A stretch of 63,989 bases of DNA, counting the filler, from Licmophora abbreviata (taxonomy: Eukaryota): NCBI GenBank assembly GCA_900291995.1. It is 9 parts of 9 records of this genome, joined end to end, with 100 filler letters (N's around TTAATTAATTAA, not from the genome) between each part and the next. Parts side by side here need not be neighbours in the genome. Positions count along the whole stretch, not along the records: positions 51,527 to 59,769 come from OLMU01004663.1; positions 59,870 to 62,883 come from OLMU01004668.1; positions 62,984 to 63,989 come from OLMU01004670.1; 6 more parts are not named here. One strand, given 5' to 3'. Shown in pieces: positions 58,001 through 63,989 of the stretch. Positions within the stretch are counted from its first letter, which is position 1; each line of letters begins with the position of its first letter. A program made the position numbers and the translations under genes. A model generated the notes under the pieces. It was given only the letters and a program-made list of their open reading frames with translations, did no database searches and was not told where the DNA came from.

Positions 58001-59009
58001 TACCGTCAGCGTTCGCGCTGTCATCGGGACTACTCCTGGAGCTGGTACTTTCGAGTGACGACGTGCTGGCACTGAACGATGACCCAAGCGTAGGGCTGGT
58101 GCCGTGTCGGCGATTCTCTCCTTCGTCACGCCTATGGGCATGTTCGATGTCGCTTTCGGAGCTGACGAGAGAGCTCACTGAGTGTGCACGGGTTATACGC
58201 TGCGGGTACATAGGCGAGCTATCGGATGTCTTCTTTCCGACTGGCGGCAAAAGCATGGGCGCACGCCCCTGTCCAGAAACCGAGTAACTCGCCGTCGTCC
58301 GGCGCTTCTCCTCTTCGTCAGTTACACTGTCGTCGTCTGAAAACGATAGGCTTGCGTCGCTTTCCCGATTCAGGCTCGATGCCGAGCTGTTGTAGAAGCC
58401 GGATCGGGCGGGAGCTGAGCTAATGGAACCTGCATCGTAAGAGAATCGACGTCCGCTTCTTGGGCTTGGAAGATTCTTTGCAAAATAGGAGCTTTCGCCG
58501 TCAGATGAATGAGAGCCATAGCTACGCTCTTCATCGTCGTCGTAATTCTTATCGTCGTCTTCCCTGGAAGCTCGTGCGCCTGACCCATTTTTCTTTCGGG
58601 GAGTTCTGGTTTCGTGTTTCAGATCTGCTAAAGTCAACGATTCGTGCCACTGCTCTGCATCAAGACTTGTCAAGAGATCCCGTCCTCTATCCAACGAATA
58701 CACTCGACCTCGAGTGACAGATGTGAATTCGTGAATGAGTCTCCTCTTCACGTCGGTCCTGGGCGGAGACGGTGGATTGGAGTTTGGCGCCGGCGTGACG
58801 ATCGTGGGTGACAAAGATTTGTCAGGACTTCTGTTGCCATCAACCAAGTGCGTATCATTATCATTCTTGTCTACTCCTTGGAATTGATCAACTTGCCCCT
58901 TGCGGGGAGGAGTCGGTTCCGTTTCCTCTTCGTCCAGTTCATGCGATCCGTTCTCAATCGGATCCATGTCAGCCACCGAGGTCACGGAAACGACAGTGTT
59001 CGACGACAT
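55047..59009 (-). CDS. FLVCR/SLC49-like MFS transporter with very long disordered N-terminus and central loop
   Basis: VYWQRWLML, LSASWFPEQERTLATGV..NQLGIG, PPTPPS, ELGVEVAYPLSE; two TM bundles. Confidence 0.88.
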   Translation of the reverse strand: MSSNTVVSVTSVADMDPIENGSHELDEEETEPTPPRKGQVDQFQGVDKNDNDTHLVDGNRSPDKSLSPTIVTPAPNSNPPSPPRTDVKRRLIHEFTSVTRGRVYSLDRGRDLLTSLDAEQWHESLTLADLKHETRTPRKKNGSGARASREDDDKNYDDDEERSYGSHSSDGESSYFAKNLPSPRSGRRFSYDAGSISSAPARSGFYNSSASSLNRESDASLSFSDDDSVTDEEEKRRTTASYSVSGQGRAPMLLPPVGKKTSDSSPMYPQRITRAHSVSSLVSSESDIEHAHRRDEGENRRHGTSPTLGSSFSASTSSLESTSSRSSPDDSANADGRDPQVSHYMGPLSHQKVDDVSAEMLGPPMTHEQMAAWMTYESFQPRPIPPPPPPFFNPNPARYAPMAMGTDQSMTTTQMISSSEVERSTSGGEHSRSVGDVSHGTLPLVYSEDEDIDATHSFGQRLAKGIDMAGSSEKMQFAHSTRQESLSDRGGYRRVDGASVIDQGRQVAGSVPVSSSLERGDSELRSDSSSGKEFTVYWQRWLMLMYMSILNLLSDWTCYSVAPIAVLTMEAFGQIDPEQLVVVFLGANAIATACEPIVLSRLGLRRTVILGALLLMVGSMVKSGGLPPLIESNLEKGQGEWRVYLGFFLVGLSQPLYQCTPALLSASWFPEQERTLATGVALNANQLGIGFAFIFGTLLVATSDDIVGYFGVLSIISTLTFIGCLIQFDDAPPTPPSDTARAMRGDLKLNFPDAVDTIWRSVRSLGSGRDVKDAVGNASTGEDDTRTSSSRQGDIQRRRSNQDGARASRRNRRSSRRSRSPRFSSTNQERHIRQSIGGDPTGAGTRRRSSTSSKKKAASTDSGRRAGQPVLATAPAPAPTEEPTRVAIVRAQTDWETSMARAIPPSPMMPGPVETADSANSRDQNQSLFYDDFPDGGESPDSDYPNFPHGAAYSEPHPPMAYQHSPMPYPSWPPGYVNPNFQYPGYGASQGYEQPPSMVYQPPGYPSQGYYYYPPGPHVPYYPPQANPAYYPYHYDGSNGGSFDDGVEPVVTITPHHLDIHIRDDQIILSTRACLSRPGFVHALTSFTVSGIVINTLSTFMDYLVRLNGAGRQYVGIVGGSFQFIIMISSLIIGKLTDRTRAYYSVAIGMLVLGAFALAECGVDLDADRGVDLRWSLIVVALLVGPLQPVSTELGVEVAYPLSENTVLVIQQLFSNLLSALFIPFFKALKDIGTEAAEDVEMYEKPEYTFSFYLLIVIHAAATVFFATFNGRYLRYEREQAKKAREEQANIDHNRGLSSSYPGYGGPAGERYPLVNPVGF

Positions 59010-60087
59010 AGCCAGCGGATTTTACAGTGGTGCGGGACTTTCAAATGCGAGAGCACCCAAAAGGTAGTCGAGAGGCAAGGTAGGAAGTTCTGCGCGTCAG
59101 TCAAAAATACTGGTAGTGCACGGGGAGATCTCGACAAGCCGAGTTCAAAGTTGGATCAAGTCTGTCGTCTCTGAAATAGTCTCTACAGACCCAGATGAAC
59201 AAACGACACTACAGCTTCAATAGCAGGGTACCAGAGCAATTCGACACGACCCGAGTTGAAAGATCGAATCGAAACGTTGAATGGAAGCAGGCGTGCGATA
59301 TCATCCATGTGCAAAAGTTCTCCAATGTTTCGCCCATTTCATGGATATTGCTGATCATCCAAAGTGCGAGCATTTTTTTCGGAGACTCACACTCTCCTCG
59401 ATCCAACTGAAGCTTCATGACGTGTGATGAGAAATACAAAAATCATCAGATCCGTAGAGTATTCAGTATATCATACGCGTGAGGCGGGCAAATAGATATT
59501 TTCTCATGCCGCCGTTTTATCATAGCCCTTTACTGTCCATCGCCATTAACCGGTACCAGTTAATCTGGTAGTCTATCTGTAAAGAATACGGCCACATAGT
59601 TGATGCACGGACATCAGCATGCCTCTATCGACTATTTACGTTCCCACTTGATTCTCGGAGCAGCCTACAAAACACTGTCAACAGGCAGCTCATTCTCCCA
59701 GATCTGCTCCAGCTGTTGCCTTCTGCGAATGAGATGGACCTTGCCTTCAACGTCCACCAAAACTTCCGGNNNNNNNNNNNNNNNNNNNNNNNNNNNNNNN
59801 NNNNNNNNNNNNNTTAATTAATTAANNNNNNNNNNNNNNNNNNNNNNNNNNNNNNNNNNNNNNNNNNNNCCGATTTGAGGGAGAGTGTTGGGATAACAAG
59901 GTGATCACGAGCTCTGAGCTCCACCTCGCAAGTCGCCATGCGCCGACCATCGTCCATCATCCGTCAATCGCCTTTTCAGTGTTGTGAGTTCAGTTGTGTT
60001 GAGCGCCTGATGTCGCAGCACCAGTGAGTATGCACCACTGTCCTTCTCAAGTGTCTCCAGGAGCTTAGACCATCGCAGAAAAAGATA

Positions 60088-61632
60088 ATGAGCACGGGGA
60101 GCGATTCGAAGCAATTTGCGGCGAAATCCGATGCTCAGCGGTCGCAAACGCAACATCAGGCCGCCGCCCAGCACTATCAATCCACGCCGGGTACAGTCGG
60201 TGCTGGAAGCGTTCCACGACAGACTCCTGGACACGCCGGGCGTAGGACTTCTTATGACATGACTCCTTTGGAAAATGGATCCCCTAGTGACATGGCACAA
60301 CAGCCGAAGTTTCGAGTCACGGATTCAACCGGAGCTTCGTCGATTACAAATTCACCCTCCTACCGGGGGCACGTGATCCACCCAGCGCATGCAAAAATGG
60401 AGGTAGGAGGGAACGTTGCGAGATACCCTCCCTTCGGTAGTCCGAGTTCAACTGGGCATCATCCAGCGTACATGTACCCGTATGGTGGAGGTGTGGCTCC
60501 TGGGTGGTCACCCGGTATGGGACCTCCGTCGGCCTCGTCATCTCCTGGCGCTCCCCGCGTCAAGCAAATGCAGTTGAATGTGGCGCCAACTTCCCGTGGC
60601 AATGCGTCGTCTATGAAATCAGATTCTCAGCACCCAACTGCGAAGAATGACGTGCTACCGAAGAAGACGCCCAGCCCCACCCCCAGACCCGGCGGTGTGA
60701 CCGCGACGCCACCGGTTCCACCATATCCCTACTGGGGAGGCCACCAGCGTATGGCATACGGTCGGCCATCTCCTGACGGATTGAGTTCAGCGTCGATTCC
60801 ACCTCGGCCGCCTCACTCCAGTCCTCATCATGTGCAGTCGCCCGCATATTCTTCTCAATCTTCCACAGGACCAAGCCCGGGGTTGCCACATCACCACGTG
60901 AAAACTCCAGTGGCACCTTCAGATTCCGTAGCCATGGCCAGAAGCGCGGCAAGTGCTATCGCTGCTGCCGCCGCTGCCAGAATGAACGGCCGAGCTCACC
61001 AAAAAGCCCAAACGCCCTCGGCGCCTCAATCGAATCCGTGGAGACGAAATGAGGGGACGACGACGGACAACTACTCAAGAGCATTCTTGCTATACAACGC
61101 TCCCTACGAAAGCCAGACTATCAAGCCCATCACAGAAGAAGAGATCCGCAAAGCTATCCCCGAAAACGCGTCTTGCATATTTCATGTCTTAGATCGACGA
61201 ATCAATATGGACGCTCATCCGGTGGACACGTCCTTCTACTCGTTGCTTCGCTCATGGATCCAGGACGACCCATACCGCCAAGTCCCAGCTCCTGGTTCGA
61301 ACGTTTTAGAGTTTAGTACACTCCCTAGCGAAAGAATGGGGAGCGGCGCGATGTCATCTGCGAGGTCAACTCCTCGCTCTCTTTTAGAACCGGTTGATAC
61401 TCTGGCAGCGCTGGCTTCGGGGACAAGGAAGGTTCCATCGTTGTCTGTCTTACAAGAGAAGCTTGTTACTGGTGCGCTGAAAGAGAAGAAGAAGAGACGA
61501 AAGAAACGAGCACGCGAAATCGAAGCAACGCGAGACGGCCTCACGAGATTTGGGATCTATCTGCAGGTACCCAAAAAGCGAATTGGAGGGATTGCCGCTC
61601 AGGGAGAAAAGGAGGAAGATAACGGACAGTGA
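60088..61632 (+). CDS. LIN37: LIN37-domain protein (MuvB/DREAM subunit)
   Basis: LDRRINMDAHPVDTSFYSLLRSWIQDDP matches the LIN37 conserved block; Pro/Ser-rich N-terminus and basic C-terminus. Confidence 0.7.
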   Translation: MSTGSDSKQFAAKSDAQRSQTQHQAAAQHYQSTPGTVGAGSVPRQTPGHAGRRTSYDMTPLENGSPSDMAQQPKFRVTDSTGASSITNSPSYRGHVIHPAHAKMEVGGNVARYPPFGSPSSTGHHPAYMYPYGGGVAPGWSPGMGPPSASSSPGAPRVKQMQLNVAPTSRGNASSMKSDSQHPTAKNDVLPKKTPSPTPRPGGVTATPPVPPYPYWGGHQRMAYGRPSPDGLSSASIPPRPPHSSPHHVQSPAYSSQSSTGPSPGLPHHHVKTPVAPSDSVAMARSAASAIAAAAAARMNGRAHQKAQTPSAPQSNPWRRNEGTTTDNYSRAFLLYNAPYESQTIKPITEEEIRKAIPENASCIFHVLDRRINMDAHPVDTSFYSLLRSWIQDDPYRQVPAPGSNVLEFSTLPSERMGSGAMSSARSTPRSLLEPVDTLAALASGTRKVPSLSVLQEKLVTGALKEKKKRRKKRAREIEATRDGLTRFGIYLQVPKKRIGGIAAQGEKEEDNGQ

Positions 61633-61715
61633 AAAATGAGCAGACCACAATGTCCATCGCTTAACAGGTACTGCAAGTTAAAGCTTCTAGCCCCCATAAT
61701 GCTTCTTGTTCCGCT

Positions 61716-62883
61716 TCAATCTGCATCTAGAATGTCAATGTAGCGTTTCTCGACGATGTTTGACCTTTCGAGTGCGAACCGCAGCGGTGCTAGCATGGCG
61801 ATTACGACCGGAAAAAGCACACCCATAGGACTTTCTTTGACCCAGAACATGGCTGCAAGACAAGCAACTTGTATCTTAGTGAAGCGGCCGACAATCTTGT
61901 CTGGAACTTCGGACCATCGTTCTTTCGGGGCGATTGCTTTGTCCTTGAAGTATCCCGCAATACGCTCCCACATTTCGTTGCCAGGAAGCGCAGAAGTACC
62001 TAAATACATGAACAGTCCCATTAGCACTGGAAGCGGTACCTGCGTGAGTAGCTTTCGGGGACCGGCGAAAAGCACGCAGCATCCAATTAGAGCGTGGATG
62101 CCAATACCCGTAACTCGCTGCTCGATCGATCCTACCGCCTTGCCGTTCTCGTCGTACTTGGTCAACGCCCGGACATGTGAAATGCTTCGCACCGTCGCGG
62201 CCACGAGCCATGGCAGGCCAATCAGAGACTGAATTGCTGTCAGAATTGAGATTACAAGGAGGTCGGCATGCATACCGTCAATTAGATTGCCCTTCCTTCG
62301 CCCTTTTTTCATATTGTACTGCGGATTGTTAACAAGGCGTACAGTAATATTCTGGTCCAAAAAGAGGAGTACAGTCGCCATAAGCGCAGGAACGACTGCA
62401 GCCCAGCGGGCCCAAACGGGCAAATCAAAGATCGGAATAAGCCAATTTCTCCCCGAAGTGGTGCCAAACTTCATTGGAAGGGCTAATGACGGCAACCCTG
62501 CTGCGCCTATACCTTGTGCGACTCTTGCCCATCGAGCCACGAGCGACGCTGTGATGACTCCAATCGTCGGTGCAAAGCTCGATACGGTATCACGAATTCG
62601 TTTGTTAAAGTACACGGAGTTTCGCAATCCTTTGAGCGTTGTCGCTATTGAGTATGTAAGAGTAGTGCAGACAAGAGTGAGCAAAGCCTTGGTAAACGTC
62701 GATGCAGGCGACACAAAGGTCCTTCCAACGTCACTAACGGCCTCAATGACAAAGATGGCACTGATAAGAGTCGAGAATATTTCATCGGTAAAGCGGGTGA
62801 GGAACTTGACGAGGCTGGATGACGAAGTCGTTGACGCAATGAACAGAATGAGGGCCGTCCAAAGCCCAGTCCAGGAGTAGAGC
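61716..62883 (-). CDS. SLC4/BOR-family bicarbonate (or borate) transporter. N-terminal part lost in the gap; possible ATG at 63002.
   Basis: YSWTGLW, TRFTDEIFS, LFLDQNIT, GLPWLVAATVRSISHVRAL, EQRVTG and GLFMYLG. Confidence 0.92.
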
Positions 62884-63446
62884 NNNNNNNNNNNNNNNNN
62901 NNNNNNNNNNNNNNNNNNNNNNNNNNNTTAATTAATTAANNNNNNNNNNNNNNNNNNNNNNNNNNNNNNNNNNNNNNNNNNNNGTGACCTTCGCGAGACC
63001 ATATTGAATATTAGAGGACGACGAGAGCGAGCACGCCACTGTATTTAGTTTGCAAACAAACGAGCGTGCCTAAACGCATCATGAGGCAAGTAAGCTCACA
63101 AATTGAACTAGTCTACGAGCAGGGTCGATGATGTGCAATGCCATCACGCGAACAAGGAGATCGCTCTTGATTTGACACGCTTCTTGCTCCATTGAGCTTG
63201 TTATATAAGCTGATCAAAACTAACGATTCGGCAGAACAGAAAGGGATGGTAACAGCCGGCTTGAAACGAATTGAGGGAGGCAATACTGAGGCAGCCCGGT
63301 ATAAGAGTGATCTGCAACAGGAACATTCCAGGCAACGAGGATGTCAGTGAGCTCATGTCCCTTTCACTAAGTGCTGCTCACTCTTACGCCTGGTCGTATC
63401 ACCAGTTACAGCGAGATGCTGATATATTGTAGTCTCTGTACTCCAG

Positions 63447-63989
63447 TCAGAGGATGCATTTATATGCCAGTGCGGCCGCGCCAAAGCCATTGTCGATATT
63501 GACGACTCCAACTCCAGGCGCACAGCTATTTACCATGGTCAACATAGCGCTGACGCCTCCGAACGCCGCTCCATACCCAATACTTGTCGGACATGCAATC
63601 ACTGGGACGTTTACAAGTCCACCAACGACACTTGGAAGCGCCCCGTCCATCCCAGCGCAAACAATGACACATCCAACTGAGGGATCACGAAGCCTCGGCA
63701 ATGCTCGTACAATTCGGTGCAGACCCGCGACCCCGACATCGTACACGCGATCCACAGCGCACCCCGCTGCCTCCAGAGTGACCGCAGCTTCCTCAGCAAC
63801 AGGCAAATCAGTCGTCCCTGCGCACGCCACGAGAACTTTCCCGCGTTTCTCTTCAATTGCAGCATTCGGACTTTTCCCATTGCCTATGTCTAGAGATGAC
63901 GCGGTCATCGAAACAATCCGAGCGGTTTCGTGATAGGTAATCTTTCCATTCACCAGCGGGAACTTGGACAGTTCGGCGAACTGCTCTGC
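63447..63989 (-). CDS. larB: LarB/CpmA (NAAD carboxylase/hydrolase, PurE fold), 5'-truncated by the window
   Basis: [47 protein letters not shown] and [19 protein letters not shown]. Confidence 0.93.
   Translation of the reverse strand, partial: AEQFAELSKFPLVNGKITYHETARIVSMTASSLDIGNGKSPNAAIEEKRGKVLVACAGTTDLPVAEEAAVTLEAAGCAVDRVYDVGVAGLHRIVRALPRLRDPSVGCVIVCAGMDGALPSVVGGLVNVPVIACPTSIGYGAAFGGVSAMLTMVNSCAPGVGVVNIDNGFGAAALAYKCIL

Noticed and set aside
59555..59572. Short inverted repeats (TACCAG..CTGGTA; also TAGGAC..GTCCTA near 28515)
   Set aside because: 6-bp stems are expected by chance, and there is no target-site duplication or second copy to suggest a MITE.
4707..63989. Nicotinamidase, PNP and LarB as a pyridine-nucleotide/NPN gene cluster
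   Set aside because: They are tens of kb apart and separated by unrelated genes; nothing in the sequence links them.

Overview
Gene-dense eukaryotic nuclear DNA of about 50% GC, with short GT-AG introns and short intergenic spacers. It is most likely a diatom or a related photosynthetic stramenopile, because several proteins carry bipartite signal+transit peptides with Phe at the cleavage site and there is a SELMA-type ubiquitin E1. The window is one scaffold with eight artificial 100-bp gaps (N runs around TTAATTAATTAA); genes continue across some of them. About 32 protein genes can be called, including the CTF18 tail, BMT2, SKA1, an FTR variable-chain-like protein, a kinase C-lobe/cyclin fusion, nicotinamidase, a NUMOD3 protein, a lipase, an IQ-motif protein, GUF1/LepA, NDC1, FEX, MCM8, CLEC16A/TT9, PNP, a YHM2-like carrier, U2SURP, DIS3, SNAPC1, a BioD/Pta-N-like ATPase, SPF27, an HMG-box protein, a class V aminotransferase, E1, an FLVCR-like MFS, LIN37, SLC4 and LarB. 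No rRNA, tRNA, CRISPR array or intact mobile element was recognised. The most interesting items are: (1) a CDK-like kinase C-terminus fused in frame to a degenerate cyclin; (2) a ubiquitin-C-terminus-like [L/V]RGG motif at the presequence/mature boundary of two unrelated signal-peptide proteins; (3) a eukaryotic LarB (nickel-pincer cofactor pathway); (4) a Cys-cluster insertion in an FTR-V-like plastid protein; and (5) a nuclease-free, signal-peptide NUMOD3 protein. All family calls come from motif recognition by eye, not database searches.
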